Shown: piece after piece, positions 35,918 through 45,868 of the stretch
Layout: every line of letters starts with the position of its first letter
Numbering within the stretch: the first letter of the stretch is position 1
NCBI GenBank assembly: GCA_001029715.1
Contig: CP011212.1
Coordinates: 67,407 to 131,406, forward strand
Source: a candidate division TM6 bacterium GW2011_GWF2_28_16
Lineage (GTDB): Bacteria > Patescibacteriota > Microgenomatia > UBA1400 > PJMF01
DNA: 64,000 nucleotides
Reading direction: 5' to 3'
The notes under the pieces: generated by a model
Seen by the model: the letters and a program-made list of their open reading frames with translations, nothing else
Told to the model about the DNA's origin: nothing
Databases searched by the model: none
Made by a program: the position numbers and the translations under genes

Positions 35918-37435
35918 CGACTATATATTAGCAAAGTTTTTGATTTATTTTTTATCAAAAAAAATGCTTTTTCTAAACAAGAAAAAATTTCTATACTTAT
36001 ATCTATTTTGTTTTTAGTTTCAGTTTTCTTCATTCCAAACAATAAATTTTTATTCATGGTTACTGCAACTTACATACTTTCTTTATTTATCGTGAACAAG
36101 TCAATTTATGAAACCGTCTTTTATGCTTTTTTACCACTGAGTTTAGTTTTAGTTGGTCAAGGTTATTCTTATATTGCTATTCCTGGTGAAGCAATAAAAT
36201 CAGAGGGCTATGAAGAGGGAAAAATTTTAAATTATTTTTTTTCTCCATTTATTGTTTTGTTGATTTTAATTAGTTTTTTATTTTTTGTTAATTTAACTCA
36301 AAAACTTTTTAGAAAAAAATCTTTTATTAAATTTAAGCCATTTATTATTTCTTTTTTATTCTTTTTTCTTTTTTCTTTTTTTTCTGCAATTAGCAATGAT
36401 TCTTTTCCAAAATTGTCCTTTCTTTACTTTTTAAATGATTTTCTATTTTTTATTTCTTGTTTTTTTATTGCGCTGTTTATTTCAGATAGCAAGGAAAAAA
36501 CAAATAAAATGAATTTGATTCTATTAAATTTGATAATTTTATCTGTTTTTTTAGGGATGGTTGTGATTTTTCAATTTATAAACAAATCACCCTTAGGAAT
36601 AATAGCTGAAATGAGCCACGAAGTCCCATTTTTTGGAGGTGGAGCAGATGAAGACAGTTCTTTATTTAGACCGATAGGAATTTTTACTCACGCTAATATT
36701 CTGGCTAACTATTTAAGCAATTTATTTTTTTCTATATTTTTATTGAAAGCTTATTTAATAGAAAAAAAAGAATTACTCATTAATAAAAAGTTTATCAATA
36801 TTGGATTGCTTCTCATTTTTATTTCTATATTCTCAACTCTCTCAAGAGCAGTTTATTTAGCTTTGTTTTTATCAGCATTGATTTATGTGTTTATTTTTAG
36901 AAAAGAAATATCCGCAAGCGGTAAGAAAATAGTTAAAAAAATATTGAAAGTTAAATATTTAATTTTTCTTTTACCTTTGATGTGGAATGTAGCTGTAAGA
37001 ATAATTTACAGTTTCAATAGCTTTTATCAAGAGGGAGGGGTTGGAGTTCGGGAAAAACTAACTATAGAGAGCTTAGCTCTTTTAAGAAGAAATTTTTTTT
37101 ATGGAGTGGGAACTGGCATGTTTATCCCATCTTTGTTTAGGGAAAATCCCATTGGAATCATAAGCGAATTTCCGGAGTCAGTTCATAATGGTATTTTATT
37201 AAATTTAATTGAAAATGGGTTTCTTTCTTTTTTCTTCTTTTTGATGGTTTATTTTTTATTTTTCAAAGCTTTAATAGCTTTAAAAGCTAATAAGAAAATC
37301 ATCGTAATTTCTTTTCTAGCAATTTTTTCCCAATTAGTAATAAGTTTCTTTCATCCATTCACAAACACCGTTACTCTATATACTTTTATTATGATTTTGA
37401 TAATATATGATCTATATGCAATTGAAAAAAAATAA
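35870..37435 (+). CDS. O-antigen polymerase/ligase family membrane protein (Wzy_C-like)
   Basis: ~12 TM helices and a periplasmic loop with HNGILLNLIENGFLSFFFF (Wzy_C H....E.G motif). The true start may be an internal Met. Confidence 0.55.
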   Translation: MRIFMSGNNNKTISKHRLYISKVFDLFFIKKNAFSKQEKISILISILFLVSVFFIPNNKFLFMVTATYILSLFIVNKSIYETVFYAFLPLSLVLVGQGYSYIAIPGEAIKSEGYEEGKILNYFFSPFIVLLILISFLFFVNLTQKLFRKKSFIKFKPFIISFLFFFLFSFFSAISNDSFPKLSFLYFLNDFLFFISCFFIALFISDSKEKTNKMNLILLNLIILSVFLGMVVIFQFINKSPLGIIAEMSHEVPFFGGGADEDSSLFRPIGIFTHANILANYLSNLFFSIFLLKAYLIEKKELLINKKFINIGLLLIFISIFSTLSRAVYLALFLSALIYVFIFRKEISASGKKIVKKILKVKYLIFLLPLMWNVAVRIIYSFNSFYQEGGVGVREKLTIESLALLRRNFFYGVGTGMFIPSLFRENPIGIISEFPESVHNGILLNLIENGFLSFFFFLMVYFLFFKALIALKANKKIIVISFLAIFSQLVISFFHPFTNTVTLYTFIMILIIYDLYAIEKK

Positions 37436-38294
37436 AATTTTAAAGTGGCTAAAGTCTTTTGACAAGATAGATATTATTGGCATTGTTTTCTTTTTTTTGA
37501 TTCTATTTAGTTCTGCATTATTTCTTTTAAGAAGGTCTGAATATGTGTACATTACCATAAGAGTTACCAAAGAAGACAGCCTTCATAATCAATGGTGGGT
37601 TCAGCCGTCTAATTGGTATTTGAAAAATTTAACTGATGGCCTGGAAGATAAAGACCTAATGGGGAAAGTTAATGCGAGATTAGAAAATATGTATTTTTAT
37701 CCAAGAAATGAATCGGTTCAAGATATATTTATAGTTTTAAAATTAGAGGCAACATACAATAAGAGATCAAATCAATATTCATATAAGGGCTTACCTCTTT
37801 TAATGGGCAGCTATCAAAAAATTGAACTAGGAGGAAATTCAATAAGAGGAATGGTTCAAGATCTTAGCTTAGACCCTCCGGTTAGAAAGATGAAATCTTT
37901 TAGGGTTAAAGTCGAGTTAGAGGCTGAAAATAATAGATCTGCTTTTACCAATGCAAATATCGAATATCGTGGAATTGATAATTTTTTGGCAGATCCGATC
38001 AAAGTAGGACTAGTTTCTTATGACAGCGAAAAAGAAGAAATTGTTAAAGTAATTGATGTAAAAAAATCTCCTTCTTATAAAATTTTTATTTCTCCTTTGA
38101 CCAATAAATTAGTCAGTGCCTATGATCCAGATAGACAAAAAGTAGAAATGGAGATGATAGTTAAGCAAGCTGAGGTTTTTGATGGCACTTATTTATACAG
38201 AGAAGATTTGGTAATTGCTTTGGGAGAGGTAATTCCTCTTTATTTTGATTCTCTAACCTTAAACGCAACTGTCACAGGTATAGAGGAGCTCTAG
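37407..38294 (+). CDS. hypothetical membrane-anchored protein
   Basis: N-terminal TM helix plus a ~250-aa soluble domain of unknown function. Confidence 0.35.
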   Translation: MIYMQLKKNKILKWLKSFDKIDIIGIVFFFLILFSSALFLLRRSEYVYITIRVTKEDSLHNQWWVQPSNWYLKNLTDGLEDKDLMGKVNARLENMYFYPRNESVQDIFIVLKLEATYNKRSNQYSYKGLPLLMGSYQKIELGGNSIRGMVQDLSLDPPVRKMKSFRVKVELEAENNRSAFTNANIEYRGIDNFLADPIKVGLVSYDSEKEEIVKVIDVKKSPSYKIFISPLTNKLVSAYDPDRQKVEMEMIVKQAEVFDGTYLYREDLVIALGEVIPLYFDSLTLNATVTGIEEL

Positions 38295-38301
38295 AGTTTT
38301 T

Positions 38302-39828
38302 TTATTGGCAATTCCATTTTTCTATTGTTTGTAGCTCGTGCTCCAAAAAACAATTTTCATTTAAAATTTTTCGAACTTCTTCTTTGTTTTTTAAATTATC
38401 TTGATATTCTTTTTCTAGATAAAGTTTTTTTGATTTCAATAGGCTCTCTAAACTACTGAGATTGTTGAGATAAATTCTATTGGTAACTTCGCTATTTTTA
38501 TTTTCATTAGACTTAATATATGTTGAATCATTTTCCATAGTATTAATGCTTAGAGTGTCTAGAAGAATACTTTCTGGAAAATATAAACTTAGCTCATTTC
38601 TTTCTTTGGTGAGATATTCAATTTTTTCTAATCTTTGTTTTGAATAAATACTTTTTAAGTTTGATAAGTTTTGAGGAATCCAAATAATAAACATCAGGAG
38701 AATTATCAAAAAAATATTGTTTTTTTTGATAAATATTTTTTTCACATAAAAAACAAAAAATATGATGTAAAGAATATGCGCTCTTGGAATCAAAACTGAT
38801 ACGTTTGGAAAAATTGTTCCAATTTTATAAATAGATGACAATATTGGAGATAGCAATGAGTAGCTCAAGGTAATTATAAATGGAGTGCTTACTAGCAACG
38901 CTATTTCTTTATTTTTTTTGAGGGTTTTGCTTTTTATGATTTTGGAAGTTATAAAAATTGTTATTAATATGAATATTAAAATTGTTAAAAATTTATTTTT
39001 AAAAATATTAATTCCAATGTTTTCTAAATAAAAACTGCTCAAATTTAAAAGAGTGGGCTTTTTTATCCAATCAATATTATTAAACTGCTGATAATTTTTA
39101 TAAGCACTGATAAGTAAAAATTCAAAAAAATAAATAAGTAGAAAACTTAGATATTGGATTATCTTTTTATTTTTATATAGTAGATAAGAAATTAATGTGA
39201 CCGCTAATACTATAAAACTATAGTCAACATAAATTCCCAGAACTGTTGATAAAATTAGCAAGAATAATGTTTTTTTATTTTTATTATTTAGATAGAGGTC
39301 AAATAAGATAATACTGGTACTACCAATAAAAATTAATAAGCTATACATTCTCAGTTGCCATGATTGTTGAATTATAAGAGGATGAAAACTTATTAAAGTC
39401 GCAAGCAAAACAGCAGAAAAAAAGTCTTTTCTAGTTTTTAATTTATAAAAAGATAAAAATATTATTGCTAGAACTTGAAAAACTAGAGAAGATAAAATTC
39501 TTAAAAATGTTAAATCTCTAGTAAAGAAAAGCAAAAATTTTAGATACAAATAATATCCCCCAGGATGTACATCCTGATTGAAATTAATAGCCATTTCTTT
39601 GAAATTGTATCTTTGAGTAAAAAACAAGGAATATTTTTCATCCAGCCACAGCGGTTGTGTTTTGATCGTGTATAATTTGATTATTATTCCAGACAGAATT
39701 ATAAGAAAAAGAATTATCTTTTCCTTTTTCTGAGGAATGCTATTTATATAAGTTTTAATAGATTTAAGTTTCATGGATAAAAAAGTTTCAGTAGTCATTG
39801 TAACAAAAAATAGACAGAATGATCTCAC
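38302..39828 (-). CDS. putative GT-C type membrane glycosyltransferase (ArnT/PMT-like)
   Basis: ~11 TM helices. First extracytoplasmic loop has QPLWLDEKYSLFF (DE motif). C-terminal coiled-coil soluble domain. Confidence 0.4.
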   Translation of the reverse strand: MRSFCLFFVTMTTETFLSMKLKSIKTYINSIPQKKEKIILFLIILSGIIIKLYTIKTQPLWLDEKYSLFFTQRYNFKEMAINFNQDVHPGGYYLYLKFLLFFTRDLTFLRILSSLVFQVLAIIFLSFYKLKTRKDFFSAVLLATLISFHPLIIQQSWQLRMYSLLIFIGSTSIILFDLYLNNKNKKTLFLLILSTVLGIYVDYSFIVLAVTLISYLLYKNKKIIQYLSFLLIYFFEFLLISAYKNYQQFNNIDWIKKPTLLNLSSFYLENIGINIFKNKFLTILIFILITIFITSKIIKSKTLKKNKEIALLVSTPFIITLSYSLLSPILSSIYKIGTIFPNVSVLIPRAHILYIIFFVFYVKKIFIKKNNIFLIILLMFIIWIPQNLSNLKSIYSKQRLEKIEYLTKERNELSLYFPESILLDTLSINTMENDSTYIKSNENKNSEVTNRIYLNNLSSLESLLKSKKLYLEKEYQDNLKNKEEVRKILNENCFLEHELQTIEKWNCQ

Positions 39829-40678
39829 TCATTGCCTCGGTTCACTCCTATCTCAATCCATTGTTTTAGACCAGTTGATTTTAATCGATAATAACTCAAC
39901 TGATAAAACAAAAGAAATTTTCTCTAACTTTGCTAAGAATAGCCAGATACCATGTAAATATGTTTTAGAAAAAAGAAAAGGATATCCTACCGTCTACAAT
40001 CGAGGTTTAAAAGAAGCTAAAAACACTTGGGTGGCATTTATTGATGATGATTGCGTAGCAGATGTTGATTGGTACATGAATATTAAAAAAAGAGTAAATA
40101 AAGAACGCGATGTTAATTTAGCTGCTATTCTTGGTTTTTCAGACACTTATTATCAAACAGATATTTTTTCTTTAGCCACCAATTTCTTTGATTTAATCTG
40201 GAAAAAATCAGGAAGCATTGGAGGAAAAGTAAGAGATTTCGAAATCCTTGATAACAAAAACATTGTTTACAATAAAAACTTTTTAATTAAAAACAAGTTA
40301 AGCTTTGATGAATCTAGAGTAAGGTTTTTCAATGGAGCTAGTGAAGATTGTGATTTAGGTAGACAAATATTTGAAACTAAAAAAGCTGTGGCTATTTATG
40401 ATAGATCAATCAAAATTTGGCATAAAGATCCGGTGAATTTTTCTTGGTTTGTAAAAAAATATTTATCTTCCATTAGTGCTTACTCTTATTATCTAAGTAA
40501 GTGGGGAAATGAATCCCACAATTTAGTTAAAAATAAAATTAACTTTAAAAAAGAACTCATTCTTTTTATTAAGCACCACAGAATTAAATCTTTTAAAAAA
40601 ATAGCTTTATATATTTTGATATATTTTCATGTGGTGCTAGATTATTTCTTTCTCTTGTTTTATAAATCTAAACACTGA
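39773..40678 (+). CDS. glycosyltransferase family 2 (copy A)
   Basis: VSVVIVTKNRQNDL..., IDNNSTDKT and FIDDDCV (DxD) motifs. N-terminal ~95 aa and a central 42-aa block are identical to copy B at 41844. Confidence 0.8.
   Translation: MDKKVSVVIVTKNRQNDLTHCLGSLLSQSIVLDQLILIDNNSTDKTKEIFSNFAKNSQIPCKYVLEKRKGYPTVYNRGLKEAKNTWVAFIDDDCVADVDWYMNIKKRVNKERDVNLAAILGFSDTYYQTDIFSLATNFFDLIWKKSGSIGGKVRDFEILDNKNIVYNKNFLIKNKLSFDESRVRFFNGASEDCDLGRQIFETKKAVAIYDRSIKIWHKDPVNFSWFVKKYLSSISAYSYYLSKWGNESHNLVKNKINFKKELILFIKHHRIKSFKKIALYILIYFHVVLDYFFLLFYKSKH
39818..40361. repeat. segmental duplication copy A (two identical blocks, ~257 bp and ~127 bp) shared with 41883-42429
   Basis: Blocks 39818-40074 and 40235-40361 are nucleotide-identical to 41883-42139 and 42303-42429 respectively. 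Confidence 0.8.
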
Positions 40679-40680
40679 TT

Positions 40681-41841
40681 ATGAAAAAATTTCTATTTAT
40701 TTCAGAAACATATCCGTCTGGATTGACTGGCACCAGTGTTAAGACGAGAAACACTATCCAGCATTTGCTGAAATTAGGTCATAAGGTTGATGTAGCCTGT
40801 ATAAGTTTTGACACCTTGGTTAAAAAAGAACTCAAGCATAAAAATTTTAGAGCATTTGCTATCCGTGAAAAAGGAATAAGACGTTTTCGTATAGGTTGGT
40901 TTTGGCGTGTTTTTGAAATTATTTTTACCTATAAACCCTTTATTGTGAGTTCTATTTTTAATAAAAAAGTGCAAATGGTTTTTGATGCGCTCGGAGAAGA
41001 GTACGACAGAGTCTTTTTTGATGGTTTTGCTACTCTTCAATATGCTAGAAAGAAAGATGCTAGATATATTTACATAGATGATGAAGATATAACCTACTTG
41101 ATGAAAAGAAGAGTTGATCAGGAATCAAATATTTTTCTAAAAATATTTTTATATACAGAGTTCCTGAGATCCTTGTTTTTTGAAAAAATAAAGCTCTCTT
41201 ATATGGATCAGGTTTGGGCGATCGCTAAAGAAGATCAGAAACGTTTAAAAACTCTTAGTCCTTCAAAAACTTTATTGATGCCAACTTTAATTGAAGAACA
41301 AAAAAACTGTTTTTCTAAAAAATCTAAAGACTTTATTTTTGTGGGAACTTTAAGTTGGAGGGAAAATTATTTGGGTTTAAGGTGGTTTATTAAAAACTGT
41401 TGGTCTGAAATTTCAAATGATTTTCCAGATTCAAAATTATTAATAGTTGGTCAACAAGGAGATGATAGCTGGGAAAAACTGATTAAAAATTATAAAAACA
41501 TCAAGTTGCTTGGGTTCGTAGACGAGCTAGATTCTGTTTTCAAAAAATCCGCCATCGCTATTTCACCTGTTTTTGTAAATGTTGGGATTAAAATTAAGGT
41601 TTTAACTTATTTGTCTTATGGAATTCCAACAATCTCTACAAAGATATCAACCGGAGGAATGGCAAGTACAAACGGTATTTATTTAGCAAATAAAAATAAT
41701 TTTGCTAAAAAAACTAAAGAACTTTTTAAAAAATCAGATCTGAGATTAAAACTATCCAAAGAAGGTTGGGAAAATATCAAAAAGAACCATTCAAACTCTG
41801 CTTTAGATTTGTTTTTTTCAAAAAGTAAGATTTTTGATTAA
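40681..41841 (+). CDS. glycosyltransferase family 4 (GT-B, Glycos_transf_1)
   Basis: C-terminal domain with FIFVGTLSWREN....LLIVGQQGD and conserved E..K region. 386 aa. Confidence 0.7.
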   Translation: MKKFLFISETYPSGLTGTSVKTRNTIQHLLKLGHKVDVACISFDTLVKKELKHKNFRAFAIREKGIRRFRIGWFWRVFEIIFTYKPFIVSSIFNKKVQMVFDALGEEYDRVFFDGFATLQYARKKDARYIYIDDEDITYLMKRRVDQESNIFLKIFLYTEFLRSLFFEKIKLSYMDQVWAIAKEDQKRLKTLSPSKTLLMPTLIEEQKNCFSKKSKDFIFVGTLSWRENYLGLRWFIKNCWSEISNDFPDSKLLIVGQQGDDSWEKLIKNYKNIKLLGFVDELDSVFKKSAIAISPVFVNVGIKIKVLTYLSYGIPTISTKISTGGMASTNGIYLANKNNFAKKTKELFKKSDLRLKLSKEGWENIKKNHSNSALDLFFSKSKIFD

Positions 41842-41843
41842 TT

Positions 41844-42746
41844 ATGAAAATTTCTGTTGTTATAGTTAGTAAAAATAGGAGTAATGATCTCACTCATTGC
41901 CTCGGTTCACTCCTATCTCAATCCATTGTTTTAGACCAGTTGATTTTAATCGATAATAACTCAACTGATAAAACAAAAGAAATTTTCTCTAACTTTGCTA
42001 AGAATAGCCAGATACCATGTAAATATGTTTTAGAAAAAAGAAAAGGATATCCTACCGTCTACAATCGAGGTTTAAAAGAAGCTAAAAACACTTGGGTGGC
42101 ATTTATTGATGATGATTGCGTAGCAGATGTTGATTGGTATGAGAGTATTAAAAAAGAACTTTTATCTCTAGATATAAATACTGAAATAGTAGCAATTTTA
42201 GGAAATTCTCAAACTTATTATAAAAATAATCTCTTTTCTCTTTTAACCCTCTTCAAAGATAAAATTTGGAAAGGATCTAAAATTAAGAAAAATAAGGTTT
42301 TAGATTTCGAAATCCTTGATAACAAAAACATTGTTTACAATAAAAACTTTTTAATTAAAAACAAGTTAAGCTTTGATGAATCTAGAGTAAGGTTTTTCAA
42401 TGGAGCTAGTGAAGATTGTGATTTAGGTATGCAAATATTTGAGAAAAAAGGCAAAGCAAAATATTTACCGGAAATGTTAGTTTTTCATAAGGATCCTCAT
42501 AGCTCTTTTCAGTTTTATAGAAAAATATATTTTTCAACTCTTGGTCATATCAAATATGAGGAAAAGTGGAGCAATTTTAGAAAAAACAACTTAGCAATTA
42601 ATCATGATTTTAATTTTTTTCGCTTCACAATGAGTTTTATGAATGAAAATAAGCTTTCATTTTTACAGAAAGTACTTTTTGCTGTTAACTTATTATTGAT
42701 GGCTTTTTTATTAAAAGGAATTAAATTTTATGTCAAAAGTTTTTAA
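41844..42746 (+). CDS. glycosyltransferase family 2 (copy B)
   Basis: Same GT2 motifs as copy A. The C-terminal third differs. Confidence 0.8.
   Translation: MKISVVIVSKNRSNDLTHCLGSLLSQSIVLDQLILIDNNSTDKTKEIFSNFAKNSQIPCKYVLEKRKGYPTVYNRGLKEAKNTWVAFIDDDCVADVDWYESIKKELLSLDINTEIVAILGNSQTYYKNNLFSLLTLFKDKIWKGSKIKKNKVLDFEILDNKNIVYNKNFLIKNKLSFDESRVRFFNGASEDCDLGMQIFEKKGKAKYLPEMLVFHKDPHSSFQFYRKIYFSTLGHIKYEEKWSNFRKNNLAINHDFNFFRFTMSFMNENKLSFLQKVLFAVNLLLMAFLLKGIKFYVKSF
41883..42429. repeat. segmental duplication copy B
   Basis: See copy A (39818-40361). Confidence 0.8.
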
Positions 42747-43713
42747 TAAAATTTTAGTAACAGGAGGAGCTGGTTTTATAGGTTCTCATCTTGTTACTCG
42801 TTTATTAAAAGATGGATATGAAGTTACATTAATAGATGACCTATCTAGGGGTAATATTAAATTTTTAGATTTTTTAAAAGAAAAACCAAAATTTTTAAAA
42901 ATGGATTTAAGCAAAGAGGAGGGTTTACTTAAAGTTTTTGAAGGGCATGATCTAGTTTTTAACTTAGCAGCTCTTAATACTGGGGTAGATTATGATGAAG
43001 GTAGAACTCAGCTCATGTTTGAAAATAATATGCTTTTACAAATGATTCCTCTTCGTGTGGCTGCCAAAACTAAATCAATAAAAAAGTTTATTCAAATTAG
43101 CTCAGCCTCAGTTTATTCTAGAGAAGTTATGAACAAGGTTCCATGTATCAAAGAAGAGTCAGACACTAATAATCCAGAGCCTTCAAAGCTGGGTTATGCC
43201 CTCGCCAAAAAAATGGGAGAAAATTTGGCTTCTTGGTATGCGTCTAACAGTAAGCTAGAAACAATTTCTGCAAGATTTATTAATGTTTTTGGAGAGAATG
43301 ACCACTATGATCAACTTGGGCATTTCATTCCTATGATGATTAGAAAAATTATTGAAGCAGAAAAAAAAGTTGAGGTTTTTGGTAGTGGTAATCAAAGCAG
43401 ATCTTTTGTTTACGTAGAAGACGTAGCTGATGCTCTTTTATTGCTTGCAAAAAAGGGCAAGAACGGAGAAATCTATAACGTAGATGCCAACCAGGAGAAA
43501 ACAGTTAAAGAAGTTGTTTCGATGATCAAAAAATATCTAAAAAAAGATTTACAAGTAAATTTTGATCTTAGCAAGCCAGAGGGTTCAAAAAGAAGAATGC
43601 TGGATAGTAGTAAGCTGAGAAGCTTGGGTTGGAAACCAAAGACATCTTTTGCTCTGGCTCTTAAAAAAACAATTAAAGATATTAATGAAAGAATAAAAAG
43701 TGAAAACTCTTAA
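42730..43713 (+). CDS. NAD-dependent sugar epimerase/dehydratase (SDR family)
   Basis: Rossmann motif VTGGAGFIGSHL and catalytic YxxxK (YALAKK). 327 aa. Confidence 0.85.
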   Translation: MSKVFNKILVTGGAGFIGSHLVTRLLKDGYEVTLIDDLSRGNIKFLDFLKEKPKFLKMDLSKEEGLLKVFEGHDLVFNLAALNTGVDYDEGRTQLMFENNMLLQMIPLRVAAKTKSIKKFIQISSASVYSREVMNKVPCIKEESDTNNPEPSKLGYALAKKMGENLASWYASNSKLETISARFINVFGENDHYDQLGHFIPMMIRKIIEAEKKVEVFGSGNQSRSFVYVEDVADALLLLAKKGKNGEIYNVDANQEKTVKEVVSMIKKYLKKDLQVNFDLSKPEGSKRRMLDSSKLRSLGWKPKTSFALALKKTIKDINERIKSENS

Positions 43714-44422
43714 AATCTTTGACCAGAGAGTTGATTCTTTGTCTTTTAAAGAATGTTTTAAGCTAACTAAACTAGCGGTTTCTTCTAAAGAGAAGAAGCT
43801 GTTTTTTGCATTGAACATTCATATCTTAAATTTGCTTTCAAAAGACAAAACTTTTAAAAACAAACATAAAAAAATAGCAAGCGTTATATTTTCAGATGGT
43901 TTGCCACTCGTCATTTTGTCGAGATTAAAATCTGTCAGTAAGGAAAAAATTATAGAAAGAATTAGTGGAACAGATCTTGTTGAAAAAATTTTAGAGGATA
44001 AGTCATTAAAAGTTTTTATTTTGGGAAGTGATGAAAAAACCTTGGAAGTTTTACAGAAAAAGTATAAGAATATAACTGGTTTTTATTCTCCGCCTTACAG
44101 TAATAATTGGTCTAATAAAGAAAATTTAAAAATTATTGAAAAAATAAAAACTTCTAAAGCCAATGTTTTATTAATTGGAGTTGGCCCATTAAAACAAGAG
44201 AAATGGCTGTTAAAATATTTTGATCAAATAGAAAATTTATATGTTGGAATAGGTGTAGGGTCAGCTTTTGATATTCTTTCTGGAAAAACACCTCGAGCTC
44301 CAAAATTGTTTAGAAATTTTTCTTTAGAATGGTTGTGGAGATTGATTCTTGAACCAAGGCGCTTATTTAGACGTTATTTTGATGATTCTAAATTTTTATT
44401 CAAGCTTTTTTTCCATTATTAA
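43700..44422 (+). CDS. WecB/TagA/CpsF family glycosyltransferase (GT26)
   Basis: Central SDGLPLV...LGS.E and C-terminal EWLWRL motifs. 240 aa. Confidence 0.8.
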   Translation: MKTLKIFDQRVDSLSFKECFKLTKLAVSSKEKKLFFALNIHILNLLSKDKTFKNKHKKIASVIFSDGLPLVILSRLKSVSKEKIIERISGTDLVEKILEDKSLKVFILGSDEKTLEVLQKKYKNITGFYSPPYSNNWSNKENLKIIEKIKTSKANVLLIGVGPLKQEKWLLKYFDQIENLYVGIGVGSAFDILSGKTPRAPKLFRNFSLEWLWRLILEPRRLFRRYFDDSKFLFKLFFHY

Positions 44423-45868
44423 AAAGTTATCGTTTTCATATAAAAAATTAAAATTATTCTCTAGATCCAAATAGAAATCATCTTTGCTCTTTTGCCAAAC
44501 GATAATTCCAAACTGAAGATTGGGATTTAAAGCAACTTTTTCATAGTAATGATGAGAGCTTGTTTTTTCATCAGAAAAATTATTGTCTGTAAAATAAAAA
44601 AATGGTTGATCGAGCCAGAGATTATTTTTAGATGAATAAAAATATGAGGTTTTCTTATCAACTTTGTTTTGTTTGATTTTATTGAAATGATCAAGCAAGT
44701 CATACAAATCTTTTTTATTTAAGACAACATCTCTATTCATGTCTTTATAAATGATGGACATTTGTTGAAAGTTGAAAATAAAAATTGACCCTAAAGAAAA
44801 TAAAATAAAAATTAGGTAAATTCTTATCTTATATTCATTTTTCAACCAAGAAAAAATTGAGATGATGGAAGAAGAAACAAGTGGAAGAGAGAGAGCTATT
44901 GGAAGCAGTAAGTATCGATTTGCTTCCCACTCCATAGTTCCAAAATACACTTGTGCAACTAAAATAATGAAAAAATAGATTGCCAATCCCCAGGCTATTA
45001 TTTGGTTTTTTTTGTTTTGTTTTTTGCTTATGAGTAAATTAATAAGAAGGCTAACTATAAAAACATTGTTAACGTTTTGTTTTAGTTTTCTCCACCAAGC
45101 CATAAAGCTACTTGAGATATTGTAATAATTTCTGTTTGCGTATTTTTGTGCGGTGTCATTTTTTTCATTAAAGAAAAAGAGACTTTCTCCATAAATTAAA
45201 TAATTATTTATCATCCAGTAAATTGGAAAAGAAGTACTTAGTAGCAAATAAATAATTTTTTCTACAGAACTTATTTTTTTGTCCAGAACAATAAGAAGAT
45301 AAATAAATGGTAATACAAGCCAAGCTTCAAATCTGATTCCTTGAGAAATGTTTAGAAATAAAATCCCCAGTAGATAATTTGGCTTTTTTTTCAAAAAAAA
45401 GCAGAGAGCAGTGATAAAGAAAAAAATAAAAACAGGCTCTGAAAGAGTTTGAGCCGCCATGATAATTCTCATTGGCAACAATAAATAGAGAAGACTAGCT
45501 AAAATTGCAGTTTTTTTATCTTTATTGATTAAATAACTGTAGATAAATATAACTACGATACTGAGTAAATTTATTATAAGAGTAATTACTCTAGGAGAGA
45601 TATATGCTGTTTTTAAGTAAAAAGAACTGCTTAGAATGACGAAGTGTAGTGGCAACCATGTTCCAATGTATTTTTGATAAAGAACACCATCTTTATAGTT
45701 TGCAAAAGCAATGTTAAATCTTGCGTATGCATCTGGTTCAGCAATCATTGGATTTCTTAGATCTTCTAGTGATATAAAGAAAGCAATAATTATCAAAATA
45801 ACTAATGCAAAATAATATTTATCAGTCTTGTTTAGAACTTGTTTAATTTTTATGAAAAATTTACTCAT
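44396..45868 (-). CDS. putative GT-C-like polytopic membrane protein (possible glycosyltransferase)
   Basis: ~12 TM helices, first loop EDLRNPMIAEPDAYARF, C-terminal ~110-aa soluble domain. No firm family assignment. Confidence 0.35.
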   Translation of the reverse strand: MSKFFIKIKQVLNKTDKYYFALVILIIIAFFISLEDLRNPMIAEPDAYARFNIAFANYKDGVLYQKYIGTWLPLHFVILSSSFYLKTAYISPRVITLIINLLSIVVIFIYSYLINKDKKTAILASLLYLLLPMRIIMAAQTLSEPVFIFFFITALCFFLKKKPNYLLGILFLNISQGIRFEAWLVLPFIYLLIVLDKKISSVEKIIYLLLSTSFPIYWMINNYLIYGESLFFFNEKNDTAQKYANRNYYNISSSFMAWWRKLKQNVNNVFIVSLLINLLISKKQNKKNQIIAWGLAIYFFIILVAQVYFGTMEWEANRYLLLPIALSLPLVSSSIISIFSWLKNEYKIRIYLIFILFSLGSIFIFNFQQMSIIYKDMNRDVVLNKKDLYDLLDHFNKIKQNKVDKKTSYFYSSKNNLWLDQPFFYFTDNNFSDEKTSSHHYYEKVALNPNLQFGIIVWQKSKDDFYLDLENNFNFLYENDNFLIMEKKLE

